Of a DNA stretch of 64,000 nucleotides, positions 1 to 13,900 are shown piece by piece. Under the pieces are notes generated by a model. It had not been told where the DNA came from and made no database searches. It worked only from the letters and a program-made list of their open reading frames with translations. The position numbers were made by a program, and so were the translations under genes. Origin of the DNA: Takakia lepidozioides (taxonomy: Eukaryota; Plantae; Bryophyta); contig CM060734.1 in the NCBI GenBank assembly GCA_030704615.1, forward strand, positions 2,852,001 through 2,916,000, given 5' to 3'. How positions within the stretch are numbered: position 1 is the stretch's first letter; every line of letters starts with the position of its first letter.

Positions 1-480
1 AGGATCCCTTCTCCTGGTGCAAACAATGGTCGCTGGCAGCCAATGTGGCGGTAACCAGCGAAGGCCATATAGGAAGATGTTGACACTGAAGATTGCCTCA
101 TAATCGAGGGGAGCGGATTTGACTATCTCCCCATGTGACTGGAAATGGTGTAAGTGCTCTTAGTGCTTAGCACCCTCCTCAAAAGAGAGATCTGTAGTGG
201 TTCCATCATTGTTTCCCACTTAATTTCTGGGATCCTAGGTCCCCAAATCTCACTGGCATGCATGGTGGTGGGGCTTACAACTGCCCTGAATAGCTGTTTC
301 CTCCCGTTTGCGTTGTGTATAGCTGGTTGCACTGGCCTTGCAGTCGGAGAGAGCGGTTCTGCCTTTGCCTAATCTATCCTGTGCTACCAGATTGGATCAG
401 ATGGTAAGCACATAATCAGCATTCCAAGATAGCTGTAGCATGTTATTGTCTCGTTCCTTAGCCTGGGTGGAAGAATTGGT
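1..480 (-). mobile_element. Degenerate LINE family B fragment (post-RT region)
   Basis: ORF 123-332 LFRAVVSPTTMHASEIWG..EPLQISLLRRVL resembles the RTE/RTEX post-RT region and the fragment at 13176-13350. Confidence 0.6.
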
Positions 481-530
481 GAGCTTGCCATTGTGGTCTG
501 TTTAAGACAAGAATCTTTGTCTTCATCGAG

Positions 531-1753
531 TGTTAGACCTAATTTAGATTAGGAAGCAATCATCCCTACAGTTGTGACACTTCACATCTGAATAGATGTG
601 ACTCTTCCTTAGTATAGGACCTAAGGAGAAAACGTTATTAAGAAGTTACTTTATAATATAAAAAGAAGATTCCCTCTCTCTCTCTAATCTGAATGCTCTC
701 ATTTTATTACATGGTATCAGAGCTATCATGTGAAACCAACTAAAGTTGTGTAGTGGGATCCACGACGGACTGAGCTGCACTTATAGCCTGCTTATCACCT
801 CATAGGCAGCCAACTGGAAATGAAGTCAGGGTTAATGAGAGGAAGATCACGGGGGCTGCCACTTTCTCCTCACCTGCACTAACCTGCTGCTGTGTGGCCA
901 TGAGTGTTGTAGGCATGGATGATCCTCTATACGATGCTCTTCTTCACAGGTGCAAAGCTGGCACCCACCTTAGTGGCATATCCAAGCTGCTCATGTCCGC
1001 AGTAGGGCAGTAAACAACAATACATGTTTGTTGAGAACTTGTTCACGTATGTAGTGGATTTGTATGGCGATGTGCTTGGTTCTGTCGTGGAATTTGGTAG
1101 TGTCAATCAGAGCAATAGCACTCTGATTATCAAAAGTCGTGGGATCAGTGGCATTAAGAAAGCCAAGGTCTTGGAGTAGATGACGGAGCCAAATAGCCTC
1201 AGTGCTAGCTTTGGTCAAGGCCATGTACTCGGCCTGAGTGCTAGACAAGGCAATGGCCCGTTGCTTGCGACTGGCCCAGATAATAACACCAGCAGAAAGA
1301 ATAAAAGTGTATCCGGAGGTGGGATGTCTAGAATCGAGATTGCCACCAACCTTCTAAACAAAACCAGTACCAAGCAGGAAATTTAATGAACATCAAATTG
1401 AACTAGATCCCAAGCGTCCAGCAGGTTGGGTGGCACATAAGGGAAATCAAGCCGACATCCTCACAAAGCCTCTTGGCTTTGTTAAACACTCCTATCTTCT
1501 TAAGAAGTTAGGGTTGTTTGGAGGAGAAGCTGAGGATGATGCTTCCTAAGTGGGAGTGTTAGACCTAATTTAGATCAGGAAGCAATCATCCCTACAGTTG
1601 TGACACTTCACATCTGAATAGATGTGACTCTTCCTTATGAAGAGTCATCTTCCTTAGTATAGAACCTAAGGAGAACATTATTAAGAAGTTGCTTTATAAC
1701 ATAAAAAAAGATTTTCTCTCTCTCTCTAACCTGAATGCTCTCATTTTATTACA
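531..1753 (+). mobile_element. Small non-autonomous Copia-derived LTR element (TRIM-like)
   Basis: LTRs TG..CA at 531-711 and 1557-1753; 5-bp TSD TCGAG (526-530, 1754-1758); PBS TGGTATCAGAGC at 712; PPT AAGTGGGAG before the 3' LTR; sense RNaseH tail (ENQADILTKPL) at about 1440-1548 and an antisense RNaseH fragment at about 991-1330. Confidence 0.9.
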
Positions 1754-1889
1754 TCGAGTTCAGCTGCAGTTGCAAGGCTGCCTTCCCCCTACCCTGTTTG
1801 GCATTTACAACAACGCCCTGGAGGAATTCATCCAAGCCAGAGGTGGCATTGGAGTCAAGCTTGATGGTGGACCTAAACAGAAACGGCCT

Positions 1890-1917
1890 GTGTTAGAAAC
1901 TTAGACCTGTCCTCACT
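1890..1917 (-). mobile_element. Short Copia LTR-end fragment (family of the 8.1-13.2 kb and 30.9-36.1 kb elements)
   Basis: TGTTAGAAACTTAGACCTGTCCTCACT matches the LTR end at 12497-12522. Confidence 0.7.
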
Positions 1918-1955
1918 TCTGCTGACGGCCGCTGTGGAATGTGTGCATTGAACAG

Positions 1956-4900
1956 GAGCTTGCTGAGGGTGGCTCATACAGCTGCCCTGAGTGCAGAAAG
2001 CTACAAGGCTATGAAACTGTCCCTAAACGCAAAATAGCTAACAGGTACCTCTCATCCTGTTGATCACCATTTGCAATATTTTGTACAGTTGTTTTTACTT
2101 TAGTCTGGTTTATGTTACTGCAGTGCTGGTGTTTCGATGAGGCGATTTTAGTTTTGGCCAGGCTGCGAACTTACAGATTGCTGGGCATTGCTAGTTGTCT
2201 GCAGGAGGGGGAGAGAGAGATTGTACTCATAAGACGTTGTTTGCCGTAGCCTTGTGGCCATTGACCCCGCGCCCAGTTTGAGCGGGAACAAAAGGGACAG
2301 AACCTACCTCTGTCAGGGGCTGACGTTGGTAGTAAGACTTACCTCCATATAAAGAATTAATCCGGGTTTTCCAGATATCCTCTAGAAATCCCTTCACACA
2401 AGCATCAATCTGCTGTGTGTGATTTGCCCAAAAACTAGGCCTCAGGAGGGCCTGGGCTTGGGGGAGAGAGAGAATGTACTCATAAGATGTTGTTTGCCGT
2501 AGCCTTGTGGCCATTGAGGGGGAGAGAGAGAGAGAGAATGTACTCATAAGACGTTGTTTGCCGTAGCCTTGTGGCCATTGAGGGGGAGAGAGAGAGAGAG
2601 AATGTACTCATAAGACGTTGTTTGCCGTAGCCTTGTGGCCATTGACTCCGCGCCCAGTTTGAGCGGAACACAAAGGGACAGAACCTACCTCTGTCAGGGG
2701 CTGGCGTCGGTAGTAAGACTTATCTTGATAAAGAACATTGATTCGGGTTTTCCAGATATCCTCTAGAAATCCCCTTCACACAAGCATCAATCTGCTGTGT
2801 GTGGTTTGCCCATTAACTAGGCCCCAGAAGGGCCTGGGCTTTTGGCTCAGCCTCGAGACTTTCAAAGTTGGTAAACATAGGTACAGGCACAATTCTCTTG
2901 ATAGATTGGAGGAGAGCGTCTCTCTGGTGAGAGTACCCGGACAGTGAATCAGAAAATGAATATTGTCTTCGGGTTGCCCACACAACGGGCAATTGCACTC
3001 TCCCTTTCCTCTCTGCTTCTGTTTACTGTTCAAAGGTAGGCTTCCTGCCCTGAGTTTAAATTTCAGTCTGGTGCCGAGAGTGGGTAGACCCTTGAGGTCA
3101 TCCATGATGTCCTCCCCCATGTCACAGACTGGAAACAGGTTCAGGAAAGTTTTCTGCCTAACTTCATTTTCATCAGACAATTTTCTGGTAACAGACATGG
3201 CTTTGGACACTACAGTCTCTAATTCAGATTTATCCAGCAGGGTCAAGACTTGTGGGTCCAGATTCAGATCCTTGAGAATCTCTTGTACTCTCTTCTGCCA
3301 GGACTTAGCCTGTTTGACAGGGCGGTCCTGTTTCCAAGATATAGAGTCAATTAACTTAGGATATCTGGTGTTGGACATGTGTTGCATCTGACCCCACCAT
3401 CTGACCTTGAATTCATCTCGTCGGGAACTCAAGGAAGGGATGCCAAACTCACCCTGAACAGCCACATTGGCTGTTTTGGAGCATGCTGACATGCACTCCT
3501 TAAGCACCCCCACTTGAATGGATTCTAGATACGTAGCCTGGTTGGAGTTATCAACCCATATAGCAGATGCGTACTCCAAGGCAGGTCTAATAACGCGACA
3601 AAGCAAGGTTTTCTTGACCTCAGAGTTAATCCCTCTGCAGTGGAAAAATTTAGTGAGACTCAGCGCTTTGCCCTTGCCAGTTTGAACGACTTTCTGGATA
3701 TGGTTACAGTTGGAGGAAAACTCAACGCCCGGGTATGTGTAGGAAGAGAGGACTGGGATCCCTTGGCTACCGCACTGCCCCTTAAGATCACTTCCTCCCT
3801 CTCCTCTTTGAATGCCACCACTGCACATTTACTGACACTAGCCTCTAGCCCCCAAAGATCAAAGTATCTCTTCGCGCAATCAATCAATTCCTGGAGGTTG
3901 GAAGGAGTCTCCCCTATGCCTGCGAAGTCATCCGCAAATGTAAGGGCTGGAATGGTGGCATCACCCACCCTTAACCCAAATCCCTCACTTTCCACATCCT
4001 CGAGGAGTTGATTGATGGAAACATTGAAGAGCAGAGGGGAGAGGGTACATCCTTGAGCTACACCTTGGTCTATGTCAAAGAAGTTAGACTTCTGTCCATT
4101 AACAGCGACACAGCTTTTGGTGTGAGCATACAAGTTATGGACAACTCTCCATATCTTCCCCTTGATCCCGTAAGACCAGAGGCGGAGCCATAGACCATCT
4201 CTCCACACTGTGTCATAAGCCTTTTTGACATCCAAGAAAAAAAGATAAGTGGTTTCCCCTTCTTTTTTCCTTCCCTGGAAAGATATGATCCACACAGCCC
4301 CTGTTTCGCCGATAGCCAGCTTGGCCTTCGTGAAAACCTCTAGATTCCAGATCAACCTCGAGACGAGTACTTATAACTCTGCAAAATATCTTGCCAACAG
4401 CATTGAGAAGTGTGATGCCACGGTAGTTCTGTCACCTTTCTTGTATAGATTGACAATGACCCCCTGTCGCCAGCGAAAGGGGATCATTTCAGTCTTCCAG
4501 ATAAGGTTAAAGAGGAGAACTAGGGCCTCTATCATGGGATCGCCACCGTGCTTGATAAGCTCGGTAACTATGCCATCAGGTCCACCTGCTTTATATCCAT
4601 TTAGATGATCAATTGCTTCCCCAATCTCAGAAGAACTAATGGGAGCGTTGTAGGCTTTTGAAATATACTCCAGTTCATCAGGGCTGTTCTAAATCATAGG
4701 AACAGTTTTACCAACTGTGTCCTTCCATTCATCAGAGGACCCCTCACTGTTAGACCTAGAAGTTCTGCGAAGGATACTGTAGTGGGTTTCAAAGGTTTTG
4801 ACAATGTCAACCGATGAAGTCACCACTGCACCCTTAGTAGTCTTCAGCGCTTGTACTTCCTGACAGCTTTTCGGCTTGTACAAACGTTGAAGGGCTAACC

Positions 4901-7900
4901 AGAATCTCTTGTCATTATGGTGGTTTGAGTTTATTTCACTGTATAACTTGTCCCAGTATAATTTCTTCGGATCTGGTAGTACCTCGCCCACAATTCTTTG
5001 TTGGTGTCAAATTGCAGCACTCTTGATAAAGGACTCGTCTTTCAGCTATCTTGAGTTGAATCTCATTGGTCCACCGATTAACAGCTCTACGGCAGACAAT
5101 CAGTTTCCTCCCAATGATCTTGTCAGCCACAGAGGAGACGAAACTCTCCCAAGAATCCACTGCTCTTTCGACTTCATTTCTTGCATTGTCAGAGCGAGAC
5201 TGAAGGTCTTGGAGCGAGTGGACAAAATGAGGGAGAGCCTCTTGCAAGGCCTGGACATACTCAGCCTTGACCTCTTCATTATGGAATTTTTCTATGCGCC
5301 ACTTCCGAATCGAACGTTTCACAGATCTCTTGGTGTTGGGAAAACACCTTTTGATCTCAGTCCAGGAAGTGGTCAGAGGTACCAGTATCAGTTCTGTCGA
5401 TCAACACATTGGCACTCGGGGGAAACAAATTTTTGTCCATTATGATATAATCCACAATGGAACGTTCCCCAGTTTGGGTTTTCTCACGAGTCCACTGCAC
5501 TTGGTCACCTTTTGTCCTATTATTCAAGGTCAAAGCTGAAGCTCTTCCAGACAGTTACTTCACCGTCTGCCATTAGAGTTCAGCTCATCCTCACCAAAAG
5601 GCCCAATGATATCATCCTGATGGAGACCTTTGCCCACCCGGGCATTGAAGTCACCCAATAAAATCACCTGACCTTTGGCAAGGAACGAAGCACAGTCCAG
5701 CTTTACATCTTCGAAGGCTTTGTCTGTGTCAGCACTAAGGGTCCCCTCTGTGGGCATGTAAACACAACCCACAAAGAGGTCCTTCGTACTCACGCCGCCC
5801 TTCAGTTTCAGTTTTAGCCAGATACTATGCTCTTACCTCAAACCCTTGTTGATAATTTCACAATTGTCACACAAGAAATCACAGACAAAGAAGCCAACCC
5901 CTTTTTGACCACGTTTGGCAGAGGCCGCCTTAAGAGCACACATCTTACCGAACTATCTATAACCAATCACATCTCCAACCAGTTTGTCCAAAGTTTCCCA
6001 TGTCTCTTGCCCTGCACAGATATGAATACCATTTTCCTGAAGAACTTGTCCCACATCAGATTGTTTCCTTTGTTTAGTCAGCCCCGAGAAGTTGAAAGTG
6101 CCCAGCCGCATGCCAGCCCTTTGCATATGGATTGTTTGCCGTCTAGGTAGCTTATGGTTGCTCCTGGACGGCCAACCGTTCTGCAAAGGGGGGACAATTA
6201 CCCCGTGTGTAGATTTTGCTCGTCTTGTGTAAACTTTAAAGATTGGCAAGCCATTCAGAGTACCATATCCTTCAGTCACACAACGCTCAGGCTCAGCACA
6301 CAGGGTCAGCTAGTCTGTCTGGCTGCTTGGTGTCAACCTCATCCAAGGCAGTAAACCGGTTAAAAACTTTCAAGTTGAAGACCTTGCCCTTGGTTGTCTT
6401 CCTAGAGTGCCTCTTTGAATCACCAATGTCTAAGACCGCGCTCCAGCCAGTCAAGGGACAAACTTCTTTGAGGTTGATATGATGTGAGACGCTATTTGTA
6501 GCATTTTTAGACATTGAAACCTTCAAGGTACCTCTGTTATCAAGTCTCGAGATGGAGCCATTAGCCACTTAATCCAAGCCTAAGCTGGAGCATGTAGTTT
6601 TAAAGGACACATCGAGAATGTACTCATGAGACGTTGTTTGCTGTAGCCTTGTGGCCATTGACCCCGCGCTCAGTTTGAGCGGAACACAAAGGGACAGAAA
6701 CTACCTTTGTCCGGGGCTGACACCGGTAGTATGACTTACCTTGGAACAAACAATTGATCCTAGTTTTCCAGATATCCTCTAGAAATCCCTTTACACAAGC
6801 ATCAATCTGCTGCGTGTGGTGTGCCCAATAACTAGGCCCCAAAAGGGCCTGGGTTTTGGCTCAGCCTCGAGACTTTCAAAGTTGGTAAACAGAGGTACAG
6901 CCTCAATTCCCTTGATAGATTTGAGCAGGACTTCTTAAAAACTATGCTTTGCCGGGTTATTAGGCCTGCCTTGGAGTACGCATCTGCAGTATGGGTTGAT
7001 AACTCCAACCAGGCTAAGTCTCTAGAATCCATTCAAGTGGGGGTGGTCAAGGAGGGCATGTCAGCATGCTCCAAAACAGCCAATGTGTTTGTTCGGGGTG
7101 AATTTGGCATCCCTCCCTTAAGCTCCCGACGAGATGAATTCAAGGTCAGATGGGGGGGCCAGTTCCAACATGTGACTAATATCAGATATCCTAGGTTAAT
7201 CGACTCTATATCTTGGAAGCAGGATCGCCCTGTCAAACAGGCTAAGTCCTGGCAGAAGAAAGTAGAAGAGATTCTCAAGGATCCGAATCTAAGTCCGCGA
7301 GCCTTGACCCTGCTGGGTAAATCTGACTTAGAGGTTGTACTGTCCAGCCATGTCTGTTGCCAGGAAATTGTCTGATGAAAATGAAGTTAAGCAGAAAACT
7401 TCCCTGAACCTCTTTCCAGTCTGTGACATGGGAGAGGCCATCATGGATGACCTCAAGGGTTTACCCACCCTTGGCACTAGACTGAAATTTAAACTCAGGG
7501 CGGGAAGCCTACCTTTGAACAGCAAACAGAAGCAGAGAGATTGCAGAATGCCCGTTGTGTCAGCACCCTGAAGCCAATATTCACTTTCTGATTCATTGTC
7601 CTGGGTACTCTCACCAGCCATAGACCATCTCTCTACACTCTGTCATAAGCCTTTTTGACAACCAAGAAAAAGACAAAAGTGGGTTTCCCTTCTTTTTTCC
7701 TTCCCTGGATAATGTGGCTTAGAGTGAAGAGATCCACACAGCCCTGTTTCTCCGAAAGCCAGCTTGGCCTTCATGGAAACAACCTCTAGACTCCAGATCA
7801 ACCTCGAGACGAGTACTCTGCAAAATGTCTTGCCAACTGCATTGAGAAGCGTGATGCCTCGATAGTTCCCCAACTCTTTTCAACTTTCTTGTGTAGATGG

Positions 7901-10900
7901 ACAATTGCCCCCTGTGGAGCGAATGGACAAAGTGAGGGAGAGCCTCTTGCAAGGCCTGGACATACTCAGCCTTGACCTCTTCATTTTGGAAATTTTCTAT
8001 GCACCACTTCCGAATCGAACGTTTCACAGATCTCTTGGTGTTGGGGAAACACCTTTTGATCTACCTTTTGAATATCAGTTCGATCGGTCAAGCTCAATGC
8101 TGCTCCTTATCAGCATGGATTTTTGTTGATTGTTCTTGACTGAAGCCGAGTTCACCAAGAAGCCTTCGGATCCAAATGGCTTCTTTGGTTGCATTAGTTA
8201 GAGCCATATACTCTGACTCAGTCAAAGATAGAGTAGTGGTCTGCTGTCTTTTGCTGCTCCAGCTCACAGCACCTCCGCTCATTACAACACAGTAGGCAGA
8301 TATTGATCTCCTCTTGTCTGTCTCCTGCCCAATCTGCATCACTGTAGTGGTGCTCTGTGCCCTGCTTGTTGTAAGTTAGACATGTATCCGCAGTCCCTTT
8401 GAAATATTTGATCACTCTTTTAAGTGCTTTCCAATGCTGAGGTCCTGGGTCGTGCATGAGATTACTAAGGGCTCCCACTGCATAGGCAATGTCTGGCCTG
8501 GTGCGAATCAACACATACATCAGGGATACCACGGCTTGCTGATACGGAACCTCAGCCATTTACCTCAATCTCCCTTGGAGATTTTGGCTCCATTTCCTTA
8601 CTCAGCTTGCAGCTGGTTTCCAATGGTGTTGGTGCTGGTTTGCAGTCCTGCATACCAAACTTCGCAACAACATCCTTAACATACCTGTCCTGGGCTCAAC
8701 TTTATAGTTCCCTCCTTGTTGTCCCTCAAGATCTGAATTCCAAGTAGGTTGTTTATGGCTCCAAGATCAACCATCTCGAAGGTTTTGCTCAAACCACGCT
8801 TCTGCCTGCGCATGGTATCCTTGTTGTCGCTGATCAGGAGCAGGTCATCCACATAGAGTGCTATTCTCATGTGGTCGCTGCACTCCTCATGAAACCTTGG
8901 CCTATCAAGTAGCTATTGATCTTCTCATACCATGTCCTTGAAGCCTGTTTGAGTCCATACAAAGATTTCTTGAGCCGACACACCTTCTCCTCTTCTTGGA
9001 AGCCTCCTGGTTGTTTCATGCAGATCTCCTCCTGGAGATCCCCGTTCAAGAATGCAGTCTTCAGGTCCATTTGTTCTATTTCCCACTCATGCTTCGCTGC
9101 CAATGCTATTAAACATCGGATGGAGGTGAACTTTGCCACCGGGGCAAAAGTTTCATTGTAGGCGAGCCTGCAGTCTGTGTGAAGCCTTTGGCCACAAGTC
9201 TGGCCTTGTAGTTCACTATCTCATTGTTGGGTCCTCTTTTCACTTTGAAAACCCACTTGCCTGTCTGCCTTTAGACAATGTGACCAGCTCCCATGTCTGG
9301 TTTTTCTTCAGAGATATCATCTCCTCCAGTACTGCTTCCTCCCACTTGCATCATCCCTTGCCAATGTGTCTTTGAGAGTGGCTGACTCCTCAGCTTCCCT
9401 TGAAGCTGCTGCACTGATTTCTTCATCAAGGGCATGGAGACAACTTTCCATCTGCCCTACGTCATCGATAGTCAGGCCAGTAAATTCTTCTGCCACACTA
9501 ACTCCAAACCTTTCTGGGGTTTTGCTGATCCTTCCTGACCTTCTTGGCCCCGCATCCTTATCCTTCGGATTTTCATCCCGACTTCAGAATCTTGATCCTC
9601 TTCTGGTTTCTTCGCCACCTTCTCCCTTCGAGTGTAGACCCTTAGCCGTCAGGTATCAATGCATAAGCAGCACAACCAAAAACTCTTAGATGCTTCAGGT
9701 TTGGCTTGTTCCCACTCCATGCCTCCTCTGGAGTCGTGTCCTTCAAAGCTCGTGTGGGCCTGAAATCTTTGAGATATGTGGCAGTGTTGATGGCCTCTCC
9801 CCAAAACTCTGGTCCGAGGCCTGATGTCTGCAGCATACATCTAGCCTTCTCAACCAATGTTCTGTTTACTCTCTCTTCCACTCCATTAGGCTGCGACATG
9901 AGTACATTCTCTTCCACTCCATTCTGGGCTGGACTGTCCCTCGCTGTTATTTGGCTCTTTTAGGCCTTCCTCAGCAGGATAGCTCCTGAATCTCTGATTT
10001 AGCAACTCTCCCCCTCCATCATGCCTGAGAAACTTGACTTTCAGGACCAACAGATTTTCCACTTCATACAAATTTCTTGAACGCCTCCAGCACTTGTCCT
10101 TTCTCTCTGGCGCCAGGAGCACAACTCCATCTCAGATCCTAGGTGCAGAGTTCGCATGTGTACCATTGCAATCCGAGGCCCTCTTCAGGCTCAATCTTTC
10201 TCCATAGATTGCAGGCCCTTCCACCCAAAGGGCTAGTGGCAAGGGCCCTCACAACATCTATGAGGCTCAAAGCTGCAGGTTTCAGGAACTCCTGGTATGC
10301 TCGAGTGGACAGTTTATTTCAACGTAACGGACTTTCTACTGCTTTCCTATTATCAATGAACCCAGATGAGGTGGACATCACATCCAGACATGACCGCAAC
10401 AGACTCATTCGGAGAGAGCTTATGGAATTACATGTCAAGAGAACTTGGATGCTACCCAATCTCACAACAAAGCTCCACTTCTATCGAGAGACATTCTTGG
10501 TGCTCCGCGATGATAGAATCTTGAGACCAAATTACCTTTCAGCACCCTTATCTCCTTCCCTCTTGAGGGCATTGGGGCGGTTCAGGGTGGGTTCCCACAA
10601 CCTACGGATAGAGACTGGCAGATGGGAATGCAACGGGAGGACCGCCTATGTCCAGCTTGCATAGGGCGCAGCAAGGAAATTGAAACTGAAGAACACTTCT
10701 TCTTCTACTGCCCTCTATACTACGAGATCCGTGGGAGATTTCACTGTTTATTCAGTGGAACCCAAACTCTCACTGATGTCTTTCACTATGAGGATCAAAA
10801 ATGCGTGGCAGCCTACCTACACGAGGCCTTCACCCTTAGACAATCGCTAGAACATTAATTGTGGTTTCTGGATTTGTTCCTCTCTCATGTTTTCTTCCAT

Positions 10901-13900
10901 TTTGTCCCATAAGCTCTACGAGCTTTCCGCGGACGTTATAAAGCACCATTTCATTTCATTTCTCTCAAGGTGTACGAGAAGGTCTTTGTACTCATGTCAT
11001 CAGTGAAGGTGACAAAGTACCTAGATCCTCCCAGTGATGTTGTCTTCATAGGGCCACACACATCAACTCCAGCCTTTCCTTGGCTCGTGTCAGATTCCTT
11101 GGGCATTGGTGACTTGTGCTGTTTCCCTTTAGCACATCCTTCACAGAACTGTAGCTCATTAGACCAGTCCACCTTCAGCCCCAACACCAATAAGGTCCTT
11201 GATCCCTTGCGTCCCCAAGTGATCCAACCTTCTATGCCACAGTGGCGTGGTGTCCACTGTGTCCCCAACATTGGCCTCCCCCTGAGTTCCAGACATACTC
11301 AGAAGCTTGTAGAGCTCTGCTCCTTCACTCCATAGCAAAGTTCCTTGTTGCCCTTTTGGATGCTGCAAGTGTTGTTTCTGAAGATGACATCATACCCAGG
11401 GTCATCCAAGGTACTAACAGAGGTCAGATTTTTTGCTAAGTCTGGCACGTACAAGGCTTCCTGAAGGATACAACGGGTAACCTTATTTTCCTTTCTGATG
11501 AAGCTGACAGGAATCTCTCCTATCATCGCACTTGCAGAAAAGCTCTTGTTGCCCATCTTTACGCTCCTAGGCTGAATGGGTTTCAAGTTGCGAAACCACT
11601 CCTTCCTCCCACATGTGTGGTTAGTAGCTCCAGAATCCAGATACCACTCATCCCCACAGCGTTCTCCTTCAACAGCCAGCAGATAATCCTCATCTTGGCT
11701 GTATTGTGCATCCGCCATAAACAGGTGATCTTCACCGTTGCTGACTATGTCAGCGACATGTGCGTGCACAGACTTTCCTTTCTTCGTTCTCCACTTGTCC
11801 TTCTTGGGCTTGTCAATCTTGACCTTGCAATCCTTTTGGAAATGGCCAAGTTTGCCGCATCGGAAGTATGCCCTCTCTTTCTTGGTGGAGGTAGCCATGA
11901 GAGGACTGTCCATACTTAAGCTACTCCTATTCAGCTTGTTTTCTGCCATGAGAAGTTGTCGAGTGACAAACTCCCAAGTCAGTTTACTCTTACCATGAGT
12001 AGAGAACGCAGTCTGCATCATGTCATAAGTCTTTGGCAAGGTGCCAAACAAGGTCATGATCTGAAGCAACTCACTAATCTGCTCTCCTGCAGCAACAATT
12101 TCCATACACATGCCTCTAACCTGTGCAATGTGAGCAGATATGCTCTCACATTCTCCCATTCTCATGTTCATGATCTGTTTCCACAAGGCAAGCGTTTGCC
12201 CTACCACATCTGTCTGGTACAGTTTGTCTAACTTCTTCCAGGCCTCATGAGCAATTTGAAGGCCCCTTACCAACTCTATCACCTCTGGTCTCATGTTCGT
12301 GATCAGAGATGCCAATGCAAGGTCATTTGTTTGCTTCCATGTGGCTGCCTTCAAGTCAGCCTCTGAAAGCTCATCAGTCACTACTGACTTATTCGCACAA
12401 AGTAGGATCTCCATCTTGTAGATCCAACTCCTGTAGTTGCTGCCATCAAGTGCCTCAACTGTCCAAGTAGTTGTAACATCTTGTGGGCCCATAACCTGTT
12501 AGAAACTAGACCTGTCCTCACTAGAGATATTGACAGGGAGCTTCTACTCACAACCAGCACTACAAAATCTTGACAGCTGAATGATACAGGAATTAGCTAG
12601 TATTAATGAGATGAGAAAACTGGAGCCTGGAAGCTCCCTTGCTCCCTACTACAAAAGAAAGCTAATAGAGTTGACTATAAATGCTGGACTTCTCCTCCTC
12701 CTCTCTGCAATCTACGAGGATAGCACATCAACCTACGTACTAGAAGTAGTACTGGGCGTTGCCTCAGCCTTTCCTTACATCCTACACAGGTTCTCTGGAA
12801 CCATCCTGTGGAAATATATGGTCCAATAGAGGAGGGTAATGACATTGGGAACACCAAAGCTGGCACACGACAGATCATCGGCTACTCGTTTCACTCCCTT
12901 TGCCAATCAAGAGAGAAGATGGGTGAAGTGTTCTGGTAGGGGAAATCATTGAGACTAATACACAGTCATTCATTGCTGTCTAAGAGGTACTCTAGTGCAA
13001 TGCTGCATCAAGGCAAGGGTTTTGGAAGCAAGAGCAACTATTACTCAAGTGAGCTTGTTGACATTGCAGGACTTGCATCTAAAGTAAACTTCCCCAAATA
13101 CAGCCGTGAAGAAACCCTAACAATTCCCTAGCTAACAGTCCCGATGGTTGGCCAAATCTGAGCTGACTTTCAACAGCCCGAGCATTCCTTGGCGGAAAGG
13201 TGATTGCAGGGGTTCCAAATTTTTCTCCCACCTGGTAGCAGGGACCCCACAGGCCCAAAACTCGCAGCCATAAGTGGCAGCAGGGGTGACAACCGAGCCA
13301 AAGAGCCCCACTTGATCATGGGGGGTTGGCGTAGATGGATTTGTTTGCATTTACTTCAAGACATCGGGAGGCGGCCTTTCCCCTTCGTCATTCTGTCAGT
13401 AGCCGTCGATGCAAACTGAATTTTGGATGCATGAATAACCAGACCCACATATAGGTTTGATTTCACGACCTCAATCTCTTATTGGTTGAAGAGGAATCTC
13501 AGATCAGCGTGGCTATTTTGAACCATGATCTTGGTTTTGCTGAGGTTACCCTGCAGCCCGTAGTCTTGGGGGAACTCTTCTAGGATGTGCAGGTGCTTCT
13601 TTAGGAGGACGAGGGATTGTTCCAATAGGACAATATCATCTGCATAAACAAGTGCTGATTGTGTTGGTCCCCCATCAAAGAGCACCCCAACTCCATGATT
13701 CTTTGCAATGTGGCCCTCCAAAGTGTCTATGTAGAATCCAAACAGGGTAGGTGAGCAAGGGCACCCCTGTTTGACCCCAATATTGCTATGCACTTCTGCT
13801 GAGATTTCCTGTGCCGTTCTGACTGTGCCAATGACAACCTCATACATGGAAAGAACGGCCCATACGATGTCCGGAGGTACCCCTTCCTGTGACGTCTGTC

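Noticed and set aside
2963-5539. Many plus-strand ORFs over LINE and Copia copies
   Set aside because: Antisense shadows of TE coding sequence; they recur only because the TEs recur.
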